Part shown: piece after piece, positions 26,070-40,221 of the stretch
Numbering within the stretch: position 1 is the stretch's first letter
Layout: each line of letters starts with the position of its first letter
DNA from: Eledone cirrhosa
Lineage: Eukaryota
Assembly (NCBI GenBank): GCA_964016885.1
Contig: OZ024742.1
Location: forward strand, 294,934,001-294,998,000
Reading direction: 5' to 3'
DNA: 64,000 nt
Program-made: the position numbers and the translations under genes
Notes under the pieces: model-generated
Database searches by the model: none
The model's input: the letters and a program-made list of their open reading frames with translations, nothing else
What the model was told of the DNA's origin: nothing

Positions 26070-26606
26070 TGTATACGTCTTACTACTTTTTGGATTAACT
26101 CTTTTCCCACCTCCTCCTTTTCTCTCTTTGCCCCCTTACCACTTCCGTTTACTTCGTCTCTCTCTCTCTCTTTATGCCGTTCTCACCAAGAATAAACCTG
26201 TTCATCTTAGCTCTGTCGCTGTTAATAAGGCCTCTGGGCTTAAACCCAACTGCCTTTTTTTAACTTCTTCCTCTCTCTCCCCTTAGTTACTTAATTACAT
26301 GTGCCATTGTCCTGTGTTTCCTCCTTCTATCAGTGTTTTTTTCTTTTTCTCTCTTTCTTTCTTTCTCTCTCTTCGCTATCACCTCTTTTTCATCTTTTCT
26401 TTCCCTCGTAACTTGTTGATAATAAGTTATGGGCACATTATGGATAGATGTATTGTCTATAACGTGCTGAAACACCCGTGACCCGTAGTAGACAACTGAT
26501 GAAGGGAAAATGTCTATCTCTTGTTTGGGTTCCCATAACTTTCTAACACTCGTTATCAGTAACCACGCAACCTCGTCCCTCTGAATATATATTTATATAT
26601 ATATAC

Positions 26607-27729
26607 ATCATCATCATCACCGTTTTACGTCCGTTCTTCCATGCTAGCATGAGTTAGACGGGTTGTCCTGTTGTGGGCAGTGTCTGGTCGGATGACCATG
26701 CCTTGCTCATACAGGAACTGATTCTGGCTTGATTTCTACAGCTGGATGCCCTTCCTAACACCAACCTCATATACAGTGAGTGCTGGGTGCTTTTTTCCAT
26801 GGCGCCTACACGTCCACTTTACAGTGTGGGCTGGGTGCTTTTTTTTTGCCGTGGCACCTCCACGACCACTTTGCAGTGAGAGGGTGTGAGGGCATATTGT
26901 CTATATGCTTCAGCTTTGGCTTGTACCCATGGGAGGTTGGGTACTCTGTATTACTGCATGGCGCCAGAGGTCACGGTCGTGTGTCATCACCTTTGAGAGG
27001 TGTAATTGGGTAAGGTCGGCTTTTATCACCTCATCCCAAGTCATCTTGGGTCTCCCTACTCCGCGGTTTCCATTGACTTCTAGTGCTCTGCACCTTTTTA
27101 TGCAGCTGTCATCCTTCATACGCATCACATTTCCATACCAACGCAACCGCCTCTCCTGCACACAGCATTTGATTCCTCTTATGCTCAGTCTCTCTCTCCA
27201 TTCATTTATGCTTTGCTGTTCGCGTATATTACTATTACACATCCATCGGAGAATGCAGGCTTCGTTTCTTTCTAATCTACGTAAGTCTTCCACCTTCAGC
27301 GCCCAGGTCTCACTTCCATGTAACATTGTTGTTCAGATACACGCATCATACAGTCTGCCTTTCATTTTGAGGGAGAAGCCTTTTGCAGCTAGCAGTGGTA
27401 GTAGTTCCCTGAACTTCTTCCATCCCGTTCTTACCCTAGTTATTGTACTTTCTGAACACCCACCTCTGCTGCTAATTCGGTCACCTAGGTAGTAGAAGAT
27501 GTCTACTTTTTCTACAGAGCCCTCCCAGAGATTGGTGGTACTTGTTTCCTGTGGCTGTTTGCTGCTTGCTGTCCCAGTGCAGCTGCTACATATGAAGCCT
27601 ACATTCTTAATTAAGCTTCCTGAGATCCCGCTCATCTCTTGTGTAACCATTGTTTGCATTTGGGGCAGAGAATGGAGCTCCTACCTACACCTTTCCTACA
27701 TACTGAGCAAGGCCATTTCCCTGAGGGGA
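26607..27729 (-). mobile_element. RTE family B, 5'-truncated
   Basis: ORFs 26910-27326 and 27333-27659; near-identical to 30428-31545. Confidence 0.9.
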
Positions 27730-27752
27730 TATGTGTATGTGTATATGTATGC

Positions 27753-27815
<63 letters not shown>

Positions 27816-27912
27816 ATGTATGTATGTATGTATTTATGCATGTATATATATATATATATATATAAATTAATATGCAAGTGTAGACAAATTGACATTAAAT
27901 GATGATGATAAT

Positions 27913-27995
<83 letters not shown>

Positions 27996-28209
27996 AATAA
28001 AAACTGAGTGTGAGATTCCTGAATGGTTGAAAATAGCATAATCTTTATAATCTTGACAGCTAATATCCTTTAGCTTATTTCTGAAAATGAAAAAAATAAA
28101 CAGAATCCGAGAAGTTAAGAATTTAGCTTTTCAGTGAAACTAATTGTATTAAATAGTGTTCATTGCTATATTCAGAATATTCTTATATTCTTTTATTATT
28201 TTACTATTT

Positions 28210-28402
28210 GACGGTGGTGGATTAGCAGTATCGGCACAGGGTCGGACTCTATGCTTTGATGTATAGAGTTACGCCCTTGCCATTCTGAGTTCAAATTGCG
28301 CCAAGGTTAACTTTGCCTTTCATCCTTACGGGGTCGATAAAATAAAGTACCAGTAATGTACTGGGTAATTGCTGGCCTTGTGCCAAAAGTAGAAACAATT
28401 AT
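28210..28402 (+). mobile_element. SINE family B
   Basis: Family sequence; degenerate TSD attattttactattt / attattttgctagttt. Confidence 0.8.
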
Positions 28403-28590
28403 TTTGCTAGTTTCAGTCATTCCACTGTATCCATGATTTTCAACCGGTGTATGGCTACGCTGATGACAGAATCGTATATGAGCTAGCTCATCTAGTACAG
28501 TTAGCTCATTTTTTGTGGAACTAACTCTATACCGAACTTGTCCTCTTACTACAAATATAATCTCCTGCTTTTTTTACCACTATATATATA

Positions 28591-29794
28591 GTGGGTCAGT
28601 TTGTCTTCATGACTTGTTCTTTCGATCTCACTCGATAAACCCGCCATTGGCTTTGATGACGGCCTCGGAACCAGCTACAGGCCTTCGTCACTGTCCCCCG
28701 ACTTAGGCCCCTATAGGCACTTGTGATCCTGGCCTTCAGATCATCTTTCGTATTGCAGCTAGATCTGTTGGTGTCTCGTTCCACTGCGCCCCACACAAAG
28801 AAGTCGAGGGGGTTGCAGTCAGGCGAGCTGGGAGGCCAGATGTCAGGTGAAGTGTGGTCGACGAAGTTCTCTGACAGCCAGGATTGGGTCTTTCGGCTGG
28901 TATGGCAGGGTGCTGAGTCTTGCTGCCACACGTACGGCCTACCTTCAGCTACCTGGTCAATCCAGGGCTTTACTACCTTGCTCAGAACGCGGATGTAGCC
29001 ATCGGTGTTCAGCTTGAGGCCCCCAGGGAAGAAGTGAGGTGGCATTACGTCACCTTGACTGCTGACGACACTTAAGACCAATGTTGTCGCTGGAAACTTT
29101 GTCTACATGACTCTGAGCACGTCTTTGGATGAGACAGCGCGCCACCTGTTGTTCTGGGAGTTGATCTTCTGGTCTTGGCAGAAGTTTTTCTCGTCGGAGA
29201 AAAACCACAGCATGTCTGGCTCCAGTGGGTGTTTCAACTTGTTGATCAGCTTCTTTGCGTGCTTCAGTCGCTTTTCTTGCCTTTCACAGAAATTGTCCTT
29301 TCCTCATCTTGTATGAAACGTAGCGAATGTCTTCATGTACCACCAGCCTAATGAGTTTTTCATCCACGCCTTTCTCCCTTGCAATGGCACGCATCGACTT
29401 GCTAGGTTCATTGTTGATGATATCCTGAACTTCAGCAATGAACTCAAGCGTTCTGAAGGCGTCAGATCGTCGATCCTGTGTTTACCTCTCTGATGTTGCT
29501 TCGTAGTCGAATCCTGAATCTTCCAATTCCTTTCTGACCTTTGCCACCATTTTCCTGCTGATGTTGAGAAAGTCTGAAATTTCTTTATTTGTCCTCCCGG
29601 CACAGATTCCAAGAAGAACTCCGTGTCTCTTCTACAAATTTGGAAGTTCAAAATTATTCATAATCAATTATTCTGAAAATAAATAATGGAAATATAGTCA
29701 CTGTTTTTATGAAGACAAGAGTGACAACGGAAGTAAACAAAATTAGCATAAAATTAGCAGTTGAAAATTGCAAACAAATATTATCCACACCCTG
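28591..29794 (-). mobile_element. Tc1/mariner-superfamily DD37D (maT-type) transposon, pseudogenised
   Basis: FFSDEK ... WQQD-x37-D (SPDCNPLD); TIR cagggtgtgga... next to TA at 29794. Confidence 0.88.
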
Positions 29795-29802
29795 TATATA
29801 CA

Positions 29803-30427
29803 TATATATATATATATATATGAGAGTATTGAAGTTTGCTTGAAGCATTGTGGAATAATAAGATATATTTTCTTTTGGTCATTTTGGAAGCCTCAACAAT
29901 GCAGATGGGTAATTCTCCGGGTAACAAGATCGGGTGAGAGAGAGATGTAAGTGAATGTAGAATGAGATGTATAGTGTGTAGAACGTAGGAAAGAGCGTAG
30001 GTTTTCCGGGGGATGAAGGTTATCTGTCGGAGAGGAGTGATACGTGTCCTCTGCTGTTCGTTGTTTTGAATATCAAAACAACGAACAGCAGAGGACACAT
30101 TCCTCTCCAACAGTTAACCTTCTCCCCAGGAAAACCCCCCAGTTGACGGATGTGAATCTGAAATATAGGGACAATTAAATCTCTCCCAAGGTAACTCTAT
30201 CTTATGTTATTGTTTTTATTATTTTTTACGCTCTTTCCTACGTTCTTCTACACACTATACATCTCATTCTACATTCACTTACATCTCTCTCTTCACCACC
30301 GGATCTTGTTACCCGGAGAATTACCTATCTGCATTGTTGAGGCTTCCAAAACGACCAAAAGAAAATATATCTTATTATTCCACAATGCTTCAAGCAAACT
30401 TCAATACTCTCATATATATATATATAT
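29803..30427. repeat. ~620-bp fold-back palindrome inside (TA)n
   Basis: Arms are reverse complements; perfect 26-bp stem with 3-nt loop at 30044-30098; ~90 bp extra in the right arm. Confidence 0.93.
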
Positions 30428-33390
30428 CATCATCATCATCATCATCACCGTTTTACGTCCGTTCTTTCACGCTAGCATGGGTTAGACGGGTTGTCCTGTT
30501 GTGGGCAGTGTCTGGTCGGCTGACCATGCCTTGCTCATACAGGAACTGATCTGGCTTGATTTCTACAGCTGGATGCCCTTCCTAACACCAACCTCATTTA
30601 CAGTGAGTGCTGGGTGCTTTTTCGTGGCGCCTACACGTCCACTTTACAGTGTGGGCTGGGTGCTTTTTTTTTGCCGTGGCACCTCCACGACCACCTTGCG
30701 GTGGGGGGAGTGGGGGCATATTGTTTATATGCTTCAGCATGTACCCATGGGAGGTCGGGTACCCTGTATTACTGCGTGACGCCAGAAGTCACGGTCGTGT
30801 GTCATTGTCTTTGAGAGGTGTAGTTGGGTAAGGTCGGCTTTTATCACCTCATCCCAAGTCATCTTGGGTCTCCCCACTCCGCGGTTTCCATCAACTTCTA
30901 GTGCTCTGCACCTTTTTATGCAGCTGTCATCCTTCATACGCATCACATGTCCATACCAGCGTAACCGCCTCTCCTGCACGCAGCATTTGATTCCTCTTAT
31001 GCTCAGTCTCTCTCTCAATTCCTTTATGCTTTGTCGTTCACGTATATTACTGTTACACATCCATCGGAGCATGCAGGCTTCGTTTCTCTCTAATCTACGT
31101 AAGTCTTCCACCTTCAGCGCCCAGGTCTCACTACCATGCAACATCGCTGTTCGGATACACGCATCATACAGTCTGCCTTTCATTCTGAGGGAGAAGCCTT
31201 TTGCAGCTAGCAGTGGTAGTAGTTCCCTAAACTTCTTCCATCCCGTTCTTACCCTAGTTATTGTACTTTCTGAGTACCCACCTCCGTTGCTAATTCGGTC
31301 ACCTAGGTAGCAGAAGCTGTCTACTGTTTCTACAGGGCCCTCCCAGAGATTGGTGGTACTTGTTTCCTGTGGCTGTTTGCTTGCTGTTTCAGCACAGCTG
31401 CTGCATGTGAATCCTACATTCTTAATTAAGCTTCCTGAGATCCCGCTACATCTCTTGTGTACCCATTGTTTGCATTTGGGGCAGAGAATGGAGTTCCTAC
31501 CTACACCTTTCCTACATACTGAGCAAGGCCATTTCCCTGAGGGGATCTGGGTTCTGTTTTCTCGTCTACTTACAAGGACCTTAGTCTTTGTCATGTTGAC
31601 TTTGAGGCCCTTTCTCTCTAGTCCCTGCTTCCAGGTTTGGAATTTATTCTCTAGTTCTACCATAGATTCAGCTATGAGTGCGAGGTCATCAGCATACAGG
31701 AGTTCCCATGGGCATCCGGTCTTAAACTCCTCCGTTATTGCCTGCAGGACTATGATGAACAGGAGAGAGCTAAGAACAGAGCCCTGGTGGACCCCAACCT
31801 GTATGCTAAATTCCTCGCTATACTCATTGCTAATCCTAACTTTGCTGACTGCTCCCCTATACATGGCTTGTACCGCTTTCACAAGCCATTCATCTACTCC
31901 TAGTTTTCTAAGAGCCCACCAGATTACTGCACGTGGAACTCTGTCAAAGGCTTTCTCAAGGTCGACAAATGCCAAGTAGAGTGGCTTACTTTTAGCTAGG
32001 TACTTTTCCTGTAATTGCCTCACAAGGAAGAGGGCATCAGTGGTGCCTCTCCCTGGTACAAACCCAAATTGCATCTCGTCTATATTCACCCGGTCCCTAA
32101 TCAGCTGTGCTATAACTCTTTGTTACTTTCATGACCTGGTCCATCAACTTTATACCTCTATAGTTTCCTCTATCTAGTGCATCGCCTTTACCTTTGTAGC
32201 AGTTGACAATGATGCTACTGCACCAATCTTCTGGTATGGCCCCTTCTAGTATTACCTGGTTAACGATACGTGTGGTTATAGTGTGACCTACAGACCCAGA
32301 TGCCTTCAGCATCTCGGCAGCTATACCCGATGGACCGGTTGCCTTCCCCATCTTCATATCTCTGATTGCCTTACTTACTACGCTGCCGCTGACTTGTACT
32401 GCTGGTCCCTCTATAGGGTCTACATGGGGTAGGGTCTCTTCTTCCCATGCATTCTCCTCATTTAGTAATCTATCATAATGACTCTTCCATGCATCTTTCT
32501 TCTCAGCACTTGTGAGGGCAAGCTCACCTTTATCATTCCGGATACACTTCTCTCCAATGACATCACAACTATCTCTGACACACTGCCTCGCAATCTTGAA
32601 TACCTCCTGTTTCTGGTCCTCACGTTGTAAAACATGCTTGAATTTTCTATCCTCTGCTTCCCTCCTAGCTAAGTATACTTGACGCCTAGCTTCCCTCTTG
32701 GTCTCTATGTAATGTACCCTGCTCCCCCCGTTCTTCCATTCTTTCCATGCCTATCTCTTGGCCTTGACTGCTTCATCTACCTTATTGTTCCACCACCAAG
32801 TCACTCTCCTCCTGCTTGAGGTCTTACTCCAGCCACAAACCTCATCCGTCGCCTCTAGTAAGTTATTTTTTAGGAACTCCCAGTTCTCTTCTACGTTAAA
32901 TGTCTCTATCTGTTCTTCTTTACTGTCGTAGGCGTTGAGTAAAATATCTTTAAATCTGTTACTGGTTGAGGGGACTTTCAGCTTCCAGATCTTTCTTCTC
33001 CAGGTTGGCCTCTGTTTCAGGGCTCGTCTAGTTCTGACCGTGAGGTCGCTGACAACTAAGCTATGTTGGGATGTACATTCCTCACTAGGGAAGGCTTTTG
33101 TGTTTACGACCGTCCAGCTGTCACGTCCTCTGATGAGGATAAAATCTAACTGACTAGAGTGCTCCCCTGATCTATAGGTGATCAGGTGGTTGTCGGGTTT
33201 TTTAAAGTTTGTGTTACATATCGACATGTCATTGGCGTCGCAGAATTCTAGAAGTCTGAATCCTTCCTCATTCCTTGTGCCAACTCCATGGCCTCCATGT
33301 ACTCTATTGAAGCCGTCGCAGTGTTTACCTACGTGTCCGTTAAAATCTCCTGCAATGATTAGGAAGTCCTTGTCGTCTGTTAGAGCAGTA
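30428..33390 (-). mobile_element. RTE family B, long copy truncated within the APE domain
   Basis: ORFs 30734-32089 (451-aa RT with YADD and PHD-like insert), 32097-32357 and 32751-33443. Confidence 0.93.
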
Positions 33391-33409
33391 GTGTGTATAT
33401 ATGTATATA

Positions 33410-33458
33410 CAGGGTGTGGACGATATTTGTTTGCAATTTTCAACTGCTAATTTTATCC
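33410..33458 (+). mobile_element. Solo TIR of the maT element
   Basis: cagggtgtggacgatatttgtttgcaattttcaactgctaattttat is the reverse complement of 29748-29794. Confidence 0.85.
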
Positions 33459-33846
33459 AAAATATATATATATATATATGAGTCTAATCTGTAATATGAA
33501 GTTACTTTTTGCATGTTTTTATGTTGATGCTTATGGCAATATTTGTATTCCTGAAGATATGTAGACCAGCAGACTAATGCCCAATATATATTGAGGTATG
33601 ACCAGCTGTTATACATTGAAATGTACGTGGAGTAAAATTATGTTATAAGTCTAAATTGGTTATTCACTCTTAATTTATATATATATATAATAGACTTGTG
33701 CAGTTCCCCTCTACCAAATTTCACTCATAACCCAAGGTTATAGCAAAAGACACTTGCCCAAGATGCTATGCAAAAAGAGTGAACTTGAAACAATGTGATT
33801 ATGAAGGCTACACCTATATCAACAAAAAATAATATAATCTTCACAG

Positions 33847-33960
33847 GAATGGCTGATGCAATGGATATTGATGACTGTACTTTGTGGTATCATATCTGCC
33901 ATCTTTTCTGCTCTGCAGGGTGTAGCTGAGAAACGCTCTTCACCTAAAGGAGGAGAGTAG
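33847..33960 (+). CDS. Candidate terminal coding exon (EWLMQWILMTVLCGIISAIFSALQGVAEKRSSPKGGE*), transmembrane helix plus short tail
   Basis: cttcacag acceptor, open frame with a hydrophobic stretch, TAG, and AATAAA at 34002; no upstream exons identified. Confidence 0.35.
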   Translation, partial: EWLMQWILMTVLCGIISAIFSALQGVAEKRSSPKGGE

Positions 33961-36141
33961 TTTGTTGCTTTTTTTCGGTTTTTTTCTGTTGCTGTGAACT
34001 TAATAAAAGAATAAAAGAATTTTGTCAGTGACTTGACCATAATCAGTGCAACAAAAAAGACATCAAGAAATAAATGATAAATGCAAAATGAATTAAAAAC
34101 CTTTTATCTTTATTTATTACTTTTTGAATGGTTAAAATTGCTTTCCCATGATGTAATTGTTTGAATTTCAACACATGGTCTCAGATTCAAATCCCTTTAC
34201 AAACAAGTTGTCTTTTCTACCACTATTATAATGACCTTTGCTCCTTGGCTGGTCAACTTCTACTTAGGCATTCCCACCTCATCACATTAACTTTGCCTTT
34301 CATCCTTACGAGGTCAATAAAATAAAGTACCAGTAACACACTGGTATAATTGCTGGCCTTGTGCCAAAAGTAGAAACAATTAATAATATTGTGTCCTTGC
34401 AATAACCACTACATACAGTCCTTCCTCCTTAGAATGTCATCCCTCTTGAATTCATTCCCTGCACATCTGCACATGTCTTTTTTGTATGAGTTAATCTGTA
34501 GCAATATATACTATATATCAACAGCATCAACTTCATTGATCTCAAAGGACCTGATAGGCACAACCCTTTCCTTCAGACTTAGCAAATATATAAATATATA
34601 TAGAGATATTTATAAAAACAAAGTACAACTCCAAAAAAATTTAATCATTTAGAAAAAAAAACTATTGTCTCTTACTTATACAAAAAAACTTTATTTTGGG
34701 CAGTTCCTTTGGTATAGTAAAATATATCTTTAATCCTTTTGTTAACATATTTCTCAGGAAAAACACTTCCTAAGATTTTCCAATCATTTTGAAAATAATC
34801 AAGTATTTGGTAAGATTTAATAATATAATTTACTGATTATTAAGCTGGTGTTTGGAACATAAGTTAACAAAGGTTGTTACATAAAATTATAATAGAATGT
34901 TATAATTTAAATACATTTAAAATAGTTTTGCATGGTAGCACTACTCATATTGTTTGTATTTTACATAGCAAGTGGTAAACATGCCTAGTTGTAAGCTAAC
35001 TGATGTTGCCAGGAGTAAGAAAGAAAACCTGGAGACAACTATAATTATTAGCCAGCAACAGCTTCCTCTTCAGCTAACACAGAAAAAAAAAACATCTCAC
35101 ACATTCCATTGCTTGTTAAAAGTTAGATTCATTAAGTGGTTTCTAAACTATAGTGAAACTAAAGAAGACAGACTAAAGCTATTTACACAACATTACTGGC
35201 ACTGAGTCATGTTAGATAGCACTGATGCAGTGGGTATCGCTGGCTGTTTTCCACAGCTGACAGATACCACCCAGCCAAGAGTGTAGGGTTTGTCCTGTGA
35301 GATGGAATAGGTGATGTAGTGGCTACCACTGGCTTTTCTCCGTGGCAATGCTTTCACCATCTTGTCTGTGTGGCACAATTGAGATATATCATCCAAACAA
35401 TGATGTGGAGTTTGTCCACTTCCCATTTCTTTCTTTACTCTTTCTTTTTGTGATTATGATATTGTAAACAAAAAATTCAAGGGGGATAACATTCTGGGGA
35501 AGAAGGACTGGACGAGATTAGTCTGGAACCTGGGGATTTGGACACAATATGGATGTTGAGAGGAGGAAAGAAGAGTGAGGCAAGAGTGCATGAGTAGCAA
35601 GTCAGTCAGTATCGTCAGGAGATTTCAGATATTTTAAGGTAGGTAGTTCCAGTCGTACAATGAAACGATTCACTTGACCCAGCACCAGATTCCAGTCCAT
35701 AGCAGGGATTAACCCCAGGCTGGTATTCAGCTGAGTAGACTTCAGGAACGTGAAATAGAGCATCTTGTTGAAAGACACAATATGCTATCCAGTCCAGGAA
35801 TCGAACCTATGACTTAATGATCATGAAGATTCTATTCAAGAATAATTCCTCAGAATCATCATCGTTTAACGTCCACTTTCCACGCTAACATAGGTTAGGC
35901 AATCAATTAAATACAAATAATATGTTGTGAGATTGTAACACTACTGTGTTGGAAATTTAACAATTGGATTAAACTCTGAGCTGCTTTTTTTACCTATCTT
36001 GCTGTAGATTATAAAACCACATTTGAGTTTAATTTTTCTTTGCCTTTATATGGTTGTATTATCAACTCATTTAAACTTTTTATATATATATGTATACACA
36101 TATACATATATATATATACACGTATCCATATATATATATAC

Positions 36142-37090
36142 AAGTCGTGTAGGTGCCACAACAAAAAAACACAGTCCACGCTGTAATGTGGCCATGTAGG
36201 TAACACGGTAAAAACCTCCCAGACTACACTGTAAACGTGGTTGGTGTTAGGAAGGGCATCCAGTTGTAGAAAACCTGCCAGACAGTCCTATACGAGCGAG
36301 ACGACCAATCTTGCCTCAAGTGGGACAATTCCCATCTAAACCCATGCTAGCGTGGAAGATAGACGTTAAATGATGATGATGATACATATATATATATATA
36401 TATACGTAAATATAGTAATATACACGAACGGCAAACCATAAATAAACTAAGTGAGAAATTAGGAATAAGAGGGATCAGATGCTGTTTACTCGAGAGAAGA
36501 CTACGTTGGTATGGTCACGTGATGCGCATGAAAGACGACAGCTGTATAAAAAGGTGCAGGGCCATCAAAATAGACGGTAGCCACGGAATAGGCAGACCCA
36601 GAAAAACCTGGGACGACTTGATAAATTCCGACCTCACACACTTACACCTCTCCAAGACAATGTCACTGGACCGAGATCTTTGGCGCTACGTAGTAATACA
36701 GAAGACCCGCCTTGCCTTAGTACAAAGCCAAACCTAGTCAGTAGGCACCTCTTAACCAAAATACACCCGTCCCACTACCCCTACCGCCATCTACACCACC
36801 CCTTTTCAATGTAAAGCTATGTTGGTACCACAACATCCAGTCCTAAATAAATGAGGTCGTGTAGGTGTCACGACAAAAAAACACAGTCCACGCTGTAATG
36901 TGGCCGTGTAGGTAACACGGTAAAAACCTCCCAGTCCACACTGTAAACGTGGTTGGTGTTAGGAAGGGCATCCAGTCGTTGAAAACCCGCCAGACAGTCC
37001 TGAGCAAGACAACCAATCTTGCCTCAAGTGGGACAATTCTCATCCAGACCCATGCTAGCGTGGAAGATGGACGTTAAACGATAATAATTA
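36142..37090 (+). mobile_element. Two tandem RTE family C 3' fragments (36142-36385 and ~36405-37090)
   Basis: Match about 59400-60100; ORF 36519-36737. Confidence 0.88.
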
Positions 37091-37177
37091 TACATATATA
37101 TACATATACATAAACATATATATATATATACATAAAAATATTTACATATACATATATATATACAATATACATATATA

Positions 37178-37214
<37 letters not shown>

Positions 37215-37588
37215 AGGAGAGTGTGTGTGCATATATACAATTAAGAATGGTTTTCCAAAGAGGAACAGAAAAGAACCACAGTTAAATAAAGTACTCAATA
37301 CATTAGTAGAGAAGATACATATTTATTTTGTATACAAATTTTTTCAACATGAGTAAAACTGTTTCGTTCATTTCCAATCATCACAAGAACATTATGTTAA
37401 TTGAAAAATTTAAATATTCTAAAATATCAAAATTATTCAGTTATCAAAATGTTCTTTAGATGCTCAGAACTTTTTCTCAAGGAGATCCCATTCTCCAACT
37501 ATTTATGTATTTTTAATGTCTCTGAAGATACAAATTGGATGTAAAGTTGTGTTAAGTTGTTGTTCTTTCATTTTGTTGCTCAGATTTT

Positions 37589-37945
37589 CATCATCATCAT
37601 TATCACAGTCCATTTTTCCACACTAGCATGGGTTAGAAGAGCTGTCCTGTTGTGAGCCAATCCAGGTCAGATGACCATGTCTTGCTCATACAGAACTGAT
37701 TTGGGCTTGATTTTTATGGCTGGATGCCCTTCCTATAAAACCAACCACTTTACAGTGTGTAGTGGATGCTTTTCATTGCGACACCTATACAACCACTTCA
37801 GTGTGGGATGGGAGGTTTTTGTCACGACACCTACATGACCACTTTACAGTGTGGGCTGGGTGCTTTTTGTCGTGACACCTACACAACCACTTTACAGTAT
37901 GGGCTGGGTGCTTTTTGACATGACACCTACACAACCACTTTACTA
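37589..37945 (-). mobile_element. RTE-type 3' module with about four tandem ~49-bp units
   Basis: (CAT)n tail, ggatgcccttcct, and repeated 'gacacctacacaaccactttacagtgtgggctgggtgcttttt'. Confidence 0.75.
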
Positions 37946-37959
37946 TGTGTACACAAGTG

Positions 37960-38610
37960 GTGTAGTGGAATAGCTGACAGATGAACAGGGATAGTTGGCT
38001 GAAATAAACTTTTCGCAATTCCAGGAAGGATCCATAGAAATGATTGATAGCTTCTGCTAAATAGGTGGTCTAATTTGCAGTAGCAAAAGATGCTCTAAGA
38101 GAATAGTAGCTAGAATAAAAATAGGATGGGAAAAGTTCATGGAGCTACTACCTCTGTTGACAACAAAAGGTTTCTCTCTATAAACAAAAGGCAGCACAAT
38201 AACTATGTCCGATGTGCGATGTTGCATGAAAAGGAGACACGGTAGTGAAATGAGCATAATGCAATGGATGTGCAATATTAATGTGCGTGAGTCATGAAGT
38301 ATGGATGAGCTGAGAGACAAGCTAAGTATAAGAGAAATCAGATGTAGTGTACAAGAGAGAAGTCTGTGCTGGTATAGACATATGATATGTATAAACAATC
38401 ATTACTGGTTGAAGAAGTGCCAAGAAATCCCACTGAAAGATGCTACAGCTGAGAGAAACCAGGGAATCCGAGGTAGAGATTATAAGAGCTGATCTCAAAT
38501 CACTGAACCTCACAAAATCAATGGCAATGAGTTGAAGGATGCTGTGCAGGTAAATATCTGTCTAATTTATACAAGCATGGAAAGGTGGATGTAAAACGGT
38601 AACGATAATG
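37960..38610 (+). mobile_element. Old degenerate RTE 3' fragment
   Basis: 'IGWEKFMELLPLLTTKGFS' and 'MDELRDKLSIREIRCSVQERSLCWY'. Confidence 0.8.
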
Positions 38611-38983
38611 ATTATATACATCATCATTGTTTAACATCTACTTTCCACACTAGCATGGGTTAGACGGGTTGTCCCATTTGAAGTAGGTCGGGTCAGGTGA
38701 CCATATCCTACTCATACACAACTGTTTCTGGCTAGATGCCTTTCCTAACGCCAACTATTATTTTTGTCTCAGCGGAAACTAGGTGGATATGCAACCTTGA
38801 CAACTGTCAACAAGTGAGAAACAACAGTCAGTTGCTTCCCCTGGTTTTTGTTGAGACGAAGGATGTGTGATGGTGGTCACAACCATAAAAAATTCATAGT
38901 GGAAGGCTGTCAAATGCTTTTCATAAACATCCTGTATGCAACATGTACATATATGTGTATAACACTATGTTGGAACACCTATA

Positions 38984-39028
<45 letters not shown>

Positions 39029-40221
39029 GTGTTTTAATGATAGGGGCCCTAGTCCTATCCTGAAAAGAAACATGAAATTAAGTGTCTTGCTGAAAATTAG
39101 GTATATTAAATACCAGTGAACTTAAACTATTCAAACATTAATTAAATGAGCACTCAATCCGAGTGTGAGATTTATTGAATTAAAAATAGCTCTTGCTTCA
39201 TCTTCTTGGTGTCTTTGGTTAATAGTAGCTTTGGCAATCAGATAAAGCAAGAGTTAAATCTTCAAATTCACTGTCACTTTTGTTATGTATGTGTGTGCGT
39301 GTATTCAAAAACCAACACACAAGGACAACGGAAAAAATATGGCCAAATAATTTCTACATCGTCAGCCAACCACTGGAGATCATTATGATTTCTGTACTGC
39401 AAAAGTTAGGATCATTTGACCAGCATACAGAGGTTTGCAACAATACAAATAAGGTGACAAGAAAAACAAAACAAAAAAAAAACAGTAACACAAGAAAGAA
39501 TTTCTTTTTGATTAAAAACACACAAAAAAGACAAAAAGTACATACAACCCAGGGTGTTTCCCACTGAAAATTAAAACAGATGAAATAAATTGCAATTTGC
39601 AACAAGTTAGCCATGAGGAAATTATTAATTGTGGAACTTGACAGCAGCAATGTGGATAGTAAGAATTATAGCAGCAGATTGAGGCAGAGGGACATGGTGA
39701 TCAAACAAGGTCAAAGTAGAAAGGAAATTAATGGGCAGAAAGGGTGGATATATATATAAATATAATTATTTCAACATTTAAATCAGCCATATCCGGCCAG
39801 AATTTTCTCACCTCTTTCTATTCAAACCAGCTGCTCATACTGATGTTAAGGCATTGTTCTCAAAATAAATAATATCAAAACCTCATAGATTAGATTTATG
39901 TAAGATAAAGTGTTTACCACAAAATACAATAGTATATATAAAGCAAAGAATTTCTGCTTTCACCCAGTACAGGATTTTCTGAAACAGAAAAATTAATCAC
40001 AAAATTAATCTGAATTAATTTTTCTGTTTCTAGAGTGAAAGCTGAAATTCTTTGCTTAAACTTTAATCTGTACTAATAATAAATATTTGCTCAAAAGGTT
40101 TATATATATACAATCCTTATCAAGCCCTCTTCAGATTTTGGTCTTTATATTTATTATTATTATATATAGTTCAATCAGAGTAACCACAATTAGTAAGGTA
40201 CTCAATACATCAGTAGAGTGA

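Noticed and set aside
35193-35426. Possible LINE RT N-terminal relic (VKALPRRKASG)
   Set aside because: Too degenerate to assign.
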